Shown: positions 31,462 through 40,958, numbered from the stretch's first letter. The stretch is 64,000 nucleotides of DNA from a virus (IMGVR_UViG_3300042868_009047), one strand, 5' to 3'. Program-made: numbers and translations. The notes: generated from the letters alone by a model not told the origin.

Positions 31462-31662
31462 ATGGGTTTTAATAAAAGATATGTTGATAGTGGTAAAATT
31501 TTAATATATAAAGATAGGTTGGAAGACCTCTTTACTAATAAAATAGATGCGTTTATATTTAGTGATAATTTCTCAAAAGAAATATTTGATTTATATGAAG
31601 AAAAAGAATTTGATTTAATTAGGAATCGAATACTTGAATATGAGGCTAAATCTTTGATCTAA
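31462..31662 (+). CDS. Small hypothetical protein (MGFNKRY...)
   Basis: ORF track; 3' end overlaps the convergent gene. Confidence 0.55.
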   Translation: MGFNKRYVDSGKILIYKDRLEDLFTNKIDAFIFSDNFSKEIFDLYEEKEFDLIRNRILEYEAKSLI

Positions 31663-32352
31663 AGGTTGTATATTTTTATTTAATTCAGAACTAATTGTTG
31701 ATAAATAACCCTCGTAAACAAAGCCAATTGATGTTGTTTTAGCTATGGATTTGGTTATTGATAAATTATAATTACCAACAGTATTTCTCGCCCATATTAA
31801 ATCATTAGTTGACGCAACAGCTGGTTGTATTAAAACATTATTTTCAATAGTAATATCTTTAACTTTATATTTTAAACTGTGTCTGTAAGAAGCTCTCTTA
31901 CTACCGAACCAAAGTTTTGATATCTCTGATCTATCATACACATAAGCGAGTGATACACTACCGCCCAATTTATTTGTCTTAAAAGATTTTTTAACACCTA
32001 TACCACCTGAAACACTTAAATCTAAATTTTTAACCAGCGAATGCTCTACTGTTGAGAATAAAATAGCGCTGTAATTATTTTTAATCTCTTTCCAGGAAAA
32101 TATGTTTAACCTAGCGTCTTCAGATTGTTTAATAAACTCATTATTTTTTTGACCATAAAATAAAAAATAATACGGGTTTAAACTAACACCAATATCCTTT
32201 TTTTTATTATTAAGTTCATAACTCATTTTAGACGTTATCTGAACGTTTTTATTGTTTCCTGTAAGTAATACCCCACCTAAGTCAAAACTCTTTATTTGGG
32301 CCTCTAAATGGCCAAAAACGCATATTAATAGTGCTGTTATAAAATATTTCAT
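31615..32352 (-). CDS. Putative outer-membrane beta-barrel protein (DUF481-like)
   Basis: Signal peptide ending HLEA-Q; GGVLLTGN start; many alternating amphipathic strands. Confidence 0.55.
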   Translation of the reverse strand: MKYFITALLICVFGHLEAQIKSFDLGGVLLTGNNKNVQITSKMSYELNNKKKDIGVSLNPYYFLFYGQKNNEFIKQSEDARLNIFSWKEIKNNYSAILFSTVEHSLVKNLDLSVSGGIGVKKSFKTNKLGGSVSLAYVYDRSEISKLWFGSKRASYRHSLKYKVKDITIENNVLIQPAVASTNDLIWARNTVGNYNLSITKSIAKTTSIGFVYEGYLSTISSELNKNIQPLDQRFSLIFKYSIPN

Positions 32353-32353
32353 A

Positions 32354-32842
32354 TTATAATTTACTTATCGCATCAATTATAGCCTTTTTCATCGCAATAC
32401 CTATTGATGATTTACTAAAAGGAACTTTCCCTTCTTTTAATTCAATAAAGGCGTAACTAGCGGTTGTAGCTGACTCACCAATACCATCGACAATTGTGTC
32501 ACCAAAATGAACTTTTAGTAATATTTGTGTCGTTTCCGTTGCCGCACCAATACCAGCAATTCTAAAAGTGGTTGATGGTGTACCAACTCTAATGATTTCA
32601 ACCATAACTGGTATGGTGTTTTTTTCACATAACGAATACTTTTCGGATAAGACTTCTTCAGTGATTTGTTTAACACCAAATAAGATATTTCTATCTTTAA
32701 ATTCTTTTATTTTCATTGTGCTGTAAACTGAATCTACACTAACACAAATTTGAGGGAACACTGAGATCGGTTCACTGGTTTGAGAAAATGCTGAATTTGA
32801 TACTGTGAGTATAAAAATTAGCGTAAAAATAAACTGTTTCAT
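32354..32842 (-). CDS. Exported protein, possibly a short CsgG/TolB-N-like alpha/beta fold
   Basis: Signal peptide ending SAFS-Q; GVKQITEEVL...GIGESAT...FSKSSIGIAMKKA parallels motifs in the 36730 protein. Confidence 0.5.
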   Translation of the reverse strand: MKQFIFTLIFILTVSNSAFSQTSEPISVFPQICVSVDSVYSTMKIKEFKDRNILFGVKQITEEVLSEKYSLCEKNTIPVMVEIIRVGTPSTTFRIAGIGAATETTQILLKVHFGDTIVDGIGESATTASYAFIELKEGKVPFSKSSIGIAMKKAIIDAISKL

Positions 32843-32848
32843 AATTTT

Positions 32849-35131
32849 TTATTGTTTGTAACCTGTTCTTATTATATAAATATTTGTTGCTCCGTTTAAC
32901 ACTAAAGCGTCAAATGTTAATGATTGCGCCCCTGAATAAGTTGGGACTAAATTTGTATTTGATATGTTAATTACCGACCATTGAGCTGAGGTAAATAACC
33001 TGTACGTTGGTATTGTAAATAACCAACTGTTTAAATTAATTTTATAGTAGATTAAATAAACATCTGTTATTGTTAAAATATTATTATTATTAACATCCAT
33101 CCTATAGTAATCTTTAGCGTTAAAAGATTGTGTTAAAACTTTTTGGTTAAAAAAGTTAATATCTGTTATTGTTGGACTTGATAACGGTGCATTGTCAATT
33201 GTTAATCTATAATCATTTAAACTTGAACTGGCTGTCGTTGTTATTGTATATTTACCAGTTGCATCGGTTGTATATGAACTATATAAACTATAGGTTGAAG
33301 AAGTTTTTTGTTTATAAAATAGTTTTACAGTGACGTTTGATACACCTACATTCTCAGCGTTATAAACATAACCTGAGTAAGTAAATGGACCCACTATTAT
33401 CATACCAGAAGCTGAGTAAGCGTATCCACACGAACCACTCTGTAACTGTGCTCTAAATAATGTACCATCCGTCTGATTAGTGTAATTATAAGTTGCCGCT
33501 GTATTAACTATATCGGTCCAAGTAACCCCACTGTTTGTTGACCTTTGCCATTTCACAACCGTACCAGTGTAACCACTTAGTGTTAAAGTCCCAGAGTTTG
33601 TTGACGTTGCATGCGTTGCTGATGAAACCGAACCACCTGTTGGTGGCGTACCTGTTGTAACAGTAATTAATTTACTTGTTGAATAAACAGCACTACCGCA
33701 GTTTGGTGTTTGCACCTCAACACGATAATAATAACTACCTGATGATGATATTGTTTCAGTTAAAGATGTTGTTGTATTTGTTACATCAGTCCAGTTTATA
33801 TTATTTGTAGATCGTTGCCATTTATTAACACTACCTTGTTGGCCAGATAAAGTTAATTCAGCGACCCCACCAGAACATATTGTATTGTTTGCCGCAAACA
33901 CAGACCCAGAAAGAGTTGGTTTTACGGATAAAAATATACTCGATGATGCTAATGAGTTACAACTAACAGGGCTCGTTGAATTTACAATTGCACGGTAATA
34001 AGTTGTTTTTGTTATATTTGAGATTGTTATACTTGATGATGTACTTGTAATTGTCGTACCAGCAGTAAAAAAGTTATCAAATGAAGACTCCCATCTAACA
34101 ACACTACCAGTCATATTGTTAAGTGTCAATGTTGTACTATTTGAACCAGAACAAACATTTATATTACCACCACTGATTGTGCCAGAAGAACCATTACTAA
34201 TCGTAAGATCCCTTGTAAAAATGGTTATGCTTGATGTTAAATCACCTGGCATGTCCCCGTATTCACAAATATAGCCACCTAATGTACTGTTAGCTAAATC
34301 ATTCCATTGCCCATTATTTGATGAATAGAATTGTCCAAACGCTTCTGAGGTACCGTTAGGTTCACCACCAGCCCATTTATGATACATACCTGATACTAAG
34401 GTTGTGCTTGGTGTATTCCCATTTGAAAAGTTTTGGCCTTTTTCAGGACCAGTTACCCAATGCCATTTACCTTCAGATGCAGCTTGGTTAGCGTAAACAG
34501 TTGAACCCTTTGCGGTGTTGATATAACCGTAGTCATCTGAAGCTCCAAACCAAGCATCACTCGACATTAATTTCCAGATAAAGTTGTTCTCCGCTTCAGA
34601 TAATATTGTCGCCAAATAACCAGCCCTACCAAAATAAGATTTAGCTGTTGATACATTATATGCGTTTGTCCAGCTCGTACTACCCGCAACATATTCATAA
34701 AAATGTGATGTTAATGGGTTATAATAAACTGTACCAGCAACAAAAGTAACCCTTCTAAGATTTGCGTAACAAGTTGTTGTTGTTGATTTAAAAGTTACCG
34801 TTCTTAAGAGAGTCTGCCAGTTAGCCGCTGTTGTTGTACCGTTAAAACTTAAAACACCTGTTGTTGAGTTCCAACTTGCCGTTACACCGCTCGGTAAAGT
34901 CCCTGTGTAAGTTAGGACATCCCCAGTGATATATGTTTGTGATATTTGAACCCTAAAACCTGTTATATTACCATTTGCAGTTATTGTTAAATTAGGGTCA
35001 ACAACAGTAGCTGTATTATAAGTTGCGGATAAACTTGATGAGGTACCGCCTAATGTAACAGATGTTGCCTGTGCGTTTAGTTTTACCGCACTTAAGACAA
35101 TCACCAAGAACACAAAAAACTTTTTCATCAT
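32849..35131 (-). CDS. Exported adhesin: Ig-like domain, C-type-lectin-like domain, three Ig-like repeats, B-domain and dockerin-like module
   Basis: Signal peptide ending KLNA-Q. Lectin motifs SWTNA..GYLATILSEAENNFI..W.G..EGKWHW..WAGGEPN..WNDL..YICEYG. Three GxVxxW(Q/E)xS repeats. DYYRMDVNNNNILTITDV (EF-hand/dockerin-like). No T9SS tail. Confidence 0.7.
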   Translation of the reverse strand: MMKKFFVFLVIVLSAVKLNAQATSVTLGGTSSSLSATYNTATVVDPNLTITANGNITGFRVQISQTYITGDVLTYTGTLPSGVTASWNSTTGVLSFNGTTTAANWQTLLRTVTFKSTTTTCYANLRRVTFVAGTVYYNPLTSHFYEYVAGSTSWTNAYNVSTAKSYFGRAGYLATILSEAENNFIWKLMSSDAWFGASDDYGYINTAKGSTVYANQAASEGKWHWVTGPEKGQNFSNGNTPSTTLVSGMYHKWAGGEPNGTSEAFGQFYSSNNGQWNDLANSTLGGYICEYGDMPGDLTSSITIFTRDLTISNGSSGTISGGNINVCSGSNSTTLTLNNMTGSVVRWESSFDNFFTAGTTITSTSSSITISNITKTTYYRAIVNSTSPVSCNSLASSSIFLSVKPTLSGSVFAANNTICSGGVAELTLSGQQGSVNKWQRSTNNINWTDVTNTTTSLTETISSSGSYYYRVEVQTPNCGSAVYSTSKLITVTTGTPPTGGSVSSATHATSTNSGTLTLSGYTGTVVKWQRSTNSGVTWTDIVNTAATYNYTNQTDGTLFRAQLQSGSCGYAYSASGMIIVGPFTYSGYVYNAENVGVSNVTVKLFYKQKTSSTYSLYSSYTTDATGKYTITTTASSSLNDYRLTIDNAPLSSPTITDINFFNQKVLTQSFNAKDYYRMDVNNNNILTITDVYLIYYKINLNSWLFTIPTYRLFTSAQWSVINISNTNLVPTYSGAQSLTFDALVLNGATNIYIIRTGYKQ

Positions 35132-36723
35132 AATGCCAATCTTGTACCAATCATTACCGTATAGTTTAATACGTTATCACCAATAGAATAAGCACCACCA
35201 AAATTAAAATTTAATTTAAATGTTTTTGTAACACCCAAGTTCATACCAACAATTGGTAAAATAACAAATGGTGATTTTAACACCGCATCATCATAATACC
35301 TAACAAACGGTGCATAAACAAATAAAGCCATTGTTTTAATATCAATACGTTTACCCACTTTAAAATCTCTATTACCACCCACAATTGCAGCGGAACCATA
35401 ATAGGATTCTTTATATATTTGTCCAGCTGAGGCTGTAAGCATATAAACAGCTTTAAATTTTTTAATACTTCTCATCTGCCCAAAAGCAATAGTGTTATAC
35501 ATAGACCCACTACCAGTAAAACCAATTGTAACCGTATTAGAAAGTAACGTAATAGCCTTACGATTTATCCAGGCATAATAACCAGTGATATTACCACCTT
35601 GTATTGAAGATGTGTAATCAACCATAACGCCATGTGATCTTAGACCATCATATCTTACTGATGAGTAACCCGCATTAACTTTTGAACCTTTACTAACCTC
35701 ACCTTCATTAAATTGAAAACCAACTAAATCACTACTCATGAGTATAGATGGTCTACCACCGTTTTTACTTGTAGCTGAGCCTTTGCTATTGCTACTACTA
35801 CCACTTTTTACTGCATTAGTTGTCCCACCTACAGCATCCGATTTTTTATCCGAACCACCATCTGTTTGATTTGGTGTAGAACCATTACCAGTCCCGCCAC
35901 CAGAACCTGAGCCGCTTGTGGTGGTACCACCTGAGCCACCAGAACCGTTGTTAGTGGTTCCACCTGACGCACCAGACCCACCAGGATTGTTGTTGGTTGC
36001 ACCACTTGACTCTCCAGTTTTTTCACCTGATCCAGTGGTTCCACCTGAAGCGCCTGATCCAGTTGTTCCACCTGACGCACTTGATCCACCAGCCTGTTCG
36101 CCTGATCCACTTGACCCAGTTGATCCACCTGAAGCACCTGATCCAGTGGTTCCACCTGATCCACTCGACCCATTCGAACCATTATTATTTTCAGTATTAT
36201 TAGAACTACCATTACTTCCGCTACCAGAACCACCAGAAGTTGTTGATCCACTAGAATTGTCCCCATTTTTATTTTCTTTTTTATTGTCAGAAGGTTTGGA
36301 ATCACCTTTACCACCACCAACATTATTTACAGACCCAGCAGCCGCCATTATATTACCCGTACCACTAGATGCCATATCACTAATAGCTGATAAAGCCCCA
36401 AATATACTAATAACATTTAAAGCAGTGCTTTGTGTTTGTGATACAGTAACAGCTGTTCCTATACTACCGCATGGCGAAGCGTTCTTATATTGATTAAAAA
36501 CACCAGCGGCCCAGTTATCGAACGCACCGTTATTAAAATCATTAGCTGTAAACGTATTTACTTGACCGTAGTACGTTACAGCTATTTGATTTTGCCCGTA
36601 AGGAATTGATAAATTGTAAACCTTGCCATTGCAAGGATCGGTGTAAGAATAGTTAAATGTCTGCGCAGTTGTTATATTGCACAGCAAAGATAAAAAAATA
36701 ACTATAAGGAATTTTATTCTCAC
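35128..36723 (-). CDS. Exported protein: N-terminal domain, long Ser/Gly/Thr linker, C-terminal putative beta-barrel
   Basis: Signal peptide ending TTA-Q; about 180-aa low-complexity linker; amphipathic strands ending GTRLAL. Confidence 0.6.
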   Translation of the reverse strand: MRIKFLIVIFLSLLCNITTAQTFNYSYTDPCNGKVYNLSIPYGQNQIAVTYYGQVNTFTANDFNNGAFDNWAAGVFNQYKNASPCGSIGTAVTVSQTQSTALNVISIFGALSAISDMASSGTGNIMAAAGSVNNVGGGKGDSKPSDNKKENKNGDNSSGSTTSGGSGSGSNGSSNNTENNNGSNGSSGSGGTTGSGASGGSTGSSGSGEQAGGSSASGGTTGSGASGGTTGSGEKTGESSGATNNNPGGSGASGGTTNNGSGGSGGTTTSGSGSGGGTGNGSTPNQTDGGSDKKSDAVGGTTNAVKSGSSSNSKGSATSKNGGRPSILMSSDLVGFQFNEGEVSKGSKVNAGYSSVRYDGLRSHGVMVDYTSSIQGGNITGYYAWINRKAITLLSNTVTIGFTGSGSMYNTIAFGQMRSIKKFKAVYMLTASAGQIYKESYYGSAAIVGGNRDFKVGKRIDIKTMALFVYAPFVRYYDDAVLKSPFVILPIVGMNLGVTKTFKLNFNFGGAYSIGDNVLNYTVMIGTRLAL

Positions 36724-36729
36724 GCACCT

Positions 36730-37449
36730 TTAATTCTTGAATAAACCTTTTTTAATTAATTTTACAACAAGTCTAGATGACGCAGTTTCTAACGCCTTTT
36801 TAGTTGATGTTCCTATTGTTGATTGATTAAATTTGATTTCATCCACATCATCTAGAATTGTTGACATTTTTACTGTTTTTGCTTCACCTAAACCAGAACC
36901 AACAATAACTTCACCAGTTTCAGCGTCAACAAATTTAACTTGCATACCTAATCTGGTTGTTTGTGTTGCAGTAGCTTTACCACTAACCTTAACAACTTCA
37001 TCCTCAGATACACTAAAATCATAAACCTCAATGTAAACAAAGTATTTAGCTAATTTAATTTTACCTCTACCATCAACTTTGTTTTCTGTAAAACCTTTAT
37101 CAGATGCTTTAAATTGATTAACCATTCTTTCTTTAATCTCTAATTTATCTTCAGTGAAGACAAACCTATTAGTCATTTCAAGAAATTCGATTACAATATT
37201 AGTTACACCCAAACCAACCCTTTTATCTTTTAATTCAGGGTACATTTCATAAAGTTCTTCGGTAAACCCAATTTTTAATAATTGGATAGGATATTTGATT
37301 GTGTCGGTATAGTTTGAAACAACATCAATTGATTGAGTCTGTTCAAAACTAGCTTTATATTCTTCGGTTTTAACACTACCAATATTCTGTGCCTGAGTTT
37401 TACAAGCACAGAATAATATTGGTAATATAATGAATAATAATTTTTTCAT
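36730..37449 (-). CDS. CsgG/HfaB-family protein
   Basis: GLGVTNIVIEFLEMTNRF, YFVYIEVYDF, RLGMQVKFVDAETGEV, STIGTSTKKALE. Start moved to MKKLLF. Confidence 0.7.
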   Translation of the reverse strand: MKKLLFIILPILFCACKTQAQNIGSVKTEEYKASFEQTQSIDVVSNYTDTIKYPIQLLKIGFTEELYEMYPELKDKRVGLGVTNIVIEFLEMTNRFVFTEDKLEIKERMVNQFKASDKGFTENKVDGRGKIKLAKYFVYIEVYDFSVSEDEVVKVSGKATATQTTRLGMQVKFVDAETGEVIVGSGLGEAKTVKMSTILDDVDEIKFNQSTIGTSTKKALETASSRLVVKLIKKGLFKN

Positions 37450-37450
37450 A

Positions 37451-37843
37451 TTAAACTTCTGTTGTATTCGATAAAGATACACCGTCTTCTTCGTCAACTT
37501 TTTGGATTAACATTTTGTCCCTATCTTCTGAGTTGAACCAGTAGTCAACAACCTTATTTAAATTACCAACAAAGGCACCTAATAAAATTAATAACATTTC
37601 TTTCCAATCCTCACCAATAGATGCACCTAAAAATACAGCTGCGTTGATACCAACAATGATTAATGTGAACAATCCTAATACAATTGCTGTTATTCTCCAT
37701 CTATTAGCTTGCATTTGTTGCAACATGTAATAGAATCTATTTTTATCTTCTACCTGCACAGGGGCTGGTGTACTAACCATATTTTTTAAAGTTTCTTTAA
37801 GTTTCATATCTTCTTCGTTTGTTTTATTTATTTTCTTTTTCAT
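37451..37843 (-). CDS. Two-TM membrane protein
   Basis: Hydrophobic segments ITAIVLGLFTLIIVGINAAVFLG and MLLILLGAFVG; TAATG coupling to the upstream gene. Confidence 0.6.
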   Translation of the reverse strand: MKKKINKTNEEDMKLKETLKNMVSTPAPVQVEDKNRFYYMLQQMQANRWRITAIVLGLFTLIIVGINAAVFLGASIGEDWKEMLLILLGAFVGNLNKVVDYWFNSEDRDKMLIQKVDEEDGVSLSNTTEV

Positions 37844-38172
37844 TACCAAGGACTATCTTCAGTTTCTGATTTTTTAGCTGGTTTTTCTTCTTTAACTGGT
37901 GCAGCTTTTTCAACCACAGTTGTTTTTTCTTTAATGATTGTGTTAGTACCACCACCAGCATTATTTTTAGAAGAGTTATCGACACTTATGTTGATTGCTG
38001 GCGCTGGAGCCGCTTGTTCTGTCTTTGTTTCTTCTTTATCACCACCACCAAATAAAGTTGTGGTAAAGTAAGTACCACCAGCCATAACAGCTGTTGAAAT
38101 GATACCAATTATTGTTTTCTTTAAACCTGACCATGTTCCGTCTGATTCAGGTACGTTTGTTTCTTCTGACAT
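37843..38172 (-). CDS. Single-TM membrane protein
   Basis: IIGIISTAVMAGGTYF helix followed by a low-complexity tail. Confidence 0.6.
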   Translation of the reverse strand: MSEETNVPESDGTWSGLKKTIIGIISTAVMAGGTYFTTTLFGGGDKEETKTEQAAPAPAINISVDNSSKNNAGGGTNTIIKEKTTVVEKAAPVKEEKPAKKSETEDSPW

Positions 38173-38184
38173 TTTTTTTAAATT

Positions 38185-40083
38185 TTAATTTAGTTTTATT
38201 GTTTTATTTGTTTTGGTTTGAGATCCTGTTTGTAAAACACCGTAATATGTACCAGGTGTAACGTTAGTTAAGTCAACTGGATAAAGGTACTTACCTTCAT
38301 ACATTTTACCACTAAAAACCGTGTATACTAATTTTCCGTTTACATCATAAAAACCAACGGTTATCTCACCATCTTCAGGTACGCTAAAACTCACAAGAGC
38401 CAAACCTTCTGTTGGGTTAGGGCATACCATTATTTCACAATCTTTTGTTAATACACCACCACCATTTATTCTGAATATTTTAACAACACCATTTGTTGGT
38501 GTTATTCTTAAATCGGTTGCGTTTGCATCACCAGCATATTTTCTAATAACATATAAAGGACTATTGTTCCAGCTTGTTTGTGGTGATAGTGCTGTGAATT
38601 GTAAAGTTAAAATATTATCACCATCATTAGCTAAATATTTATTATTACTCATATCAGCACCAGCCCATTCAATAACACCGTTGTTAGGGTTTAAGAATGA
38701 CATCCAGTTCATAAATTTTTCTTCAGTTTTAATACCCTTGAACTCCAATAAAGTTTTGTCATAAGCTAAAGCTAATTGAGCTGAACCAACTTGATTACCA
38801 TAAGTTAAAACTTTCATTGGTACGTTTACTAAACTACCTTCAGTGATTTCGATTTTTGGTAAATTAATTTCGATTGTTGATGTAGGGAAATCATACTCAA
38901 CAGTTTCGTCAATAATATATTTAGGAGTTTTGCTTGGGTTTAAAATTTCAATAGGGATTGTACGAGCCATGTTGAATCCAGTACCGTTAGCATCACCACC
39001 ACCTAATACATAATACGTTACTGAGTCTGGTTGACCAGCAATGATATCAAATGTTAGGTTAGTTACACCAGCAATTGATGAGGTATAGTTAGTTGAAGAA
39101 CCGTTGATGGTTCCATATTGTGAAACTGTGAAGAATCTTACATCTTGTACAGAGTTTGGCCATACAGAGAATCTACCCGCTAAACGACCATAGATAGCTG
39201 ATACGTCAGCGATTGTAATACTATTTGATCCGTTAACGTCTGAAGCGTAATAATCAAACCCAGTTGGTGTCATTTCGCCAAGAATATATTTGTTAACTCT
39301 TTGTGCATCAGCAACAGATACCGTGTTACCAACACCCATTGTATCACCCTTAACATATAAATGAGCATCCCAATAAGTTGTATCCAAGATTTCATCAAAA
39401 GCGAAATAACCAGTAAGATCTGTTGTGTCAAGCTTTACTTGAGTCCAAGCACCACTTGATGTCTTAGGTCTTTTCTCAAGAGCAACTGTAATGTTCTTAG
39501 AACCAGAACCTGTTACGTTTGTGAATCTACCGTGGTATTTCAATCTATTCATCTTAAATTCACCACCATAACTGTGTAAAGATAACGTTGTATCCATACC
39601 AGCAATTGTTGAGGCATAAGATGGAAATGTCAAAGTACCAGTTACCTTTAAACTATCAATACTTGTCAAAGCTTGGAAGGCTGTTGAGTTTTGATGGAAG
39701 AACTTTATTTGGAACGCAGTACCAGTAGAATATGTAAATGCGGTGTTTGTACCTGTGTAAGCCAATGTAACAGTAATATTACCGTTAACAGAATCGGCAA
39801 CATATTGCATGTACTGATCAGTAGAACTGTACTGTAAAGTTACAATTGGTTTTGCACCACCAAAAGCTACTTTGTCGTAAAATACACGAAACTGTAAACC
39901 AGCGATTTTAGTCGTTGTTGTGTTGTCATAATAAAGGTTAGCTAAAGTGTAACCTTGAGATTGCGGACCAACATTGTAAGAAGAGTCAACGATAACCCAA
40001 TTACCATTTGATGGTGCGGTTGTTTGTGCATAACCAATTACGGTTACAAACGCCAGCACTAGCGTTAAAAAGAAATTTTTCAT
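38185..40083 (-). CDS. T9SS-secreted protein: cohesin-like domain, B-domain, dockerin-like module, cohesin-like domain, T9SS type A sorting domain
   Basis: Signal peptide ending GYA-Q; AGLQFRVFYD and GSAQLALAYDKTLLEF (cohesin-like); YYASDVNGSNSITIADV (dockerin-like); C-terminus CPNPT...FYDVNGKLV...PGTYYGVL...KTIKLN. Confidence 0.8.
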   Translation of the reverse strand: MKNFFLTLVLAFVTVIGYAQTTAPSNGNWVIVDSSYNVGPQSQGYTLANLYYDNTTTTKIAGLQFRVFYDKVAFGGAKPIVTLQYSSTDQYMQYVADSVNGNITVTLAYTGTNTAFTYSTGTAFQIKFFHQNSTAFQALTSIDSLKVTGTLTFPSYASTIAGMDTTLSLHSYGGEFKMNRLKYHGRFTNVTGSGSKNITVALEKRPKTSSGAWTQVKLDTTDLTGYFAFDEILDTTYWDAHLYVKGDTMGVGNTVSVADAQRVNKYILGEMTPTGFDYYASDVNGSNSITIADVSAIYGRLAGRFSVWPNSVQDVRFFTVSQYGTINGSSTNYTSSIAGVTNLTFDIIAGQPDSVTYYVLGGGDANGTGFNMARTIPIEILNPSKTPKYIIDETVEYDFPTSTIEINLPKIEITEGSLVNVPMKVLTYGNQVGSAQLALAYDKTLLEFKGIKTEEKFMNWMSFLNPNNGVIEWAGADMSNNKYLANDGDNILTLQFTALSPQTSWNNSPLYVIRKYAGDANATDLRITPTNGVVKIFRINGGGVLTKDCEIMVCPNPTEGLALVSFSVPEDGEITVGFYDVNGKLVYTVFSGKMYEGKYLYPVDLTNVTPGTYYGVLQTGSQTKTNKTIKLN

Positions 40084-40212
40084 GTTTAGTTGTTTTGATT
40101 ACTTATAAATATAAAAAAAACTTAAAAAAACCATTTACTTTGAAAAAAAAAGTGTTAAACATGAAATAACTTTTGCAATAAATACGGATATTTATTGATT
40201 AAAAAATAGGGT

Positions 40213-40458
40213 ATGAATAAAATTGCACTTGAATACTTAAAAGAATTACAACAACAGTTAATAATATTAGCTGATGAACAACAAAATAAATTAGGAGAAA
40301 TCAATAATGAGAACTTTAAAGATGATGTATCTGAAAACATTTTTGGCAGAATAGATGATGTCCTTTATGAGATTGAAACTATAATAACCGATATCGAAGA
40401 AGGTTATTATATTAATGAAAAAAGTGAGTTTGATGATGACCAGGATGATGATTTTTAA
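40213..40458 (+). CDS. Acidic helical hypothetical protein
   Basis: ORF track; TATTTAT at 40189-40195. Confidence 0.6.
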   Translation: MNKIALEYLKELQQQLIILADEQQNKLGEINNENFKDDVSENIFGRIDDVLYEIETIITDIEEGYYINEKSEFDDDQDDDF

Positions 40459-40498
40459 AAAAAATTAAAAAAAACTTGTTTATTAAAGGAACTTTGCT

Positions 40499-40506
40499 TA
40501 CTTTTG
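40499..40506 (+). promoter_or_regulatory. Bacteroidota-type -7 element for the tRNA array leader
   Basis: TACTTTTG with TTG about 20 nt upstream. Confidence 0.6.
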
Positions 40507-40530
40507 TACTAATTATAACAATAACGTAAA

Positions 40531-40629
40531 ATGAAAAATATGAACCTACATATCGCAGTGATTAAACCGATGGCAATTTGCCAGTGGTATCGTCATGCCG
40601 TGCCAGGTTCAGACCAAGTATTTTCATAA
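40531..40629 (+). CDS. Putative 32-aa leader peptide
   Basis: MKNMNLHIAVIKPMAICQWYRHAVPGSDQVFS lies between the promoter and a terminator. Confidence 0.4.
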   Translation: MKNMNLHIAVIKPMAICQWYRHAVPGSDQVFS

Positions 40630-40665
40630 TGTTATAGAATAAAACTAAAACTAGAAAACACAAAG

Positions 40666-40696
40666 CCCTGGACCTACAAGTTCAGGGTTTTTTTTT
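40666..40696 (+). terminator. Leader terminator upstream of the tRNA array
   Basis: CCCTGGAC/GTTCAGGG hairpin plus T9. Confidence 0.75.
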
Positions 40697-40726
40697 GCAG
40701 TTCTTTGACGTATTGGTAATTTATTT

Positions 40727-40802
40727 CAGGATATGGGGGAGTCAGGTCGTCCCTACCTGCCTTGGACGCAGGGGATCGCTGGTTCGAATCCAGCTATCCT
40801 GA
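40727..40802 (+). tRNA. trnP: tRNA-Pro(TGG)
   Basis: CAGGATA/TATCCTG acceptor, CCTGC-CTTGGAC-GCAGG anticodon arm, GCTGG-TTCGAAT-CCAGC T arm. Confidence 0.9.
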
Positions 40803-40808
40803 CAAAAT

Positions 40809-40883
40809 GTCTTCGTAGCTCAGTTGGTTTAGAGCACCTCACTTTTAATGAGGGAGTCATGAGTTCGAATCTCATCGGGGACA
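40809..40883 (+). tRNA. trnK: tRNA-Lys(TTT)
   Basis: Full cloverleaf; CCTCA-CTTTTAA-TGAGG. Confidence 0.92.
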
Positions 40884-40888
40884 CAAAT

Positions 40889-40958
40889 GTATAAGTTGAT
40901 CGTGGTGGTCGGTTGGTCTGCAACACCAACGGTGTTGGTTCGATTCCAACCTTATACT
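40889..40958 (+). tRNA. trnC: tRNA-Cys(GCA) with shortened D-loop
   Basis: GTATAAG/CTTATAC acceptor, U73 discriminator, TTGGT-CTGCAAC-ACCAA; D-loop only about 5 nt. Confidence 0.75.

Noticed and set aside
35829-36493. Alternative-frame and antisense ORFs over the Ser/Gly linker
   Set aside because: Low-complexity shadows of 35128-36723.
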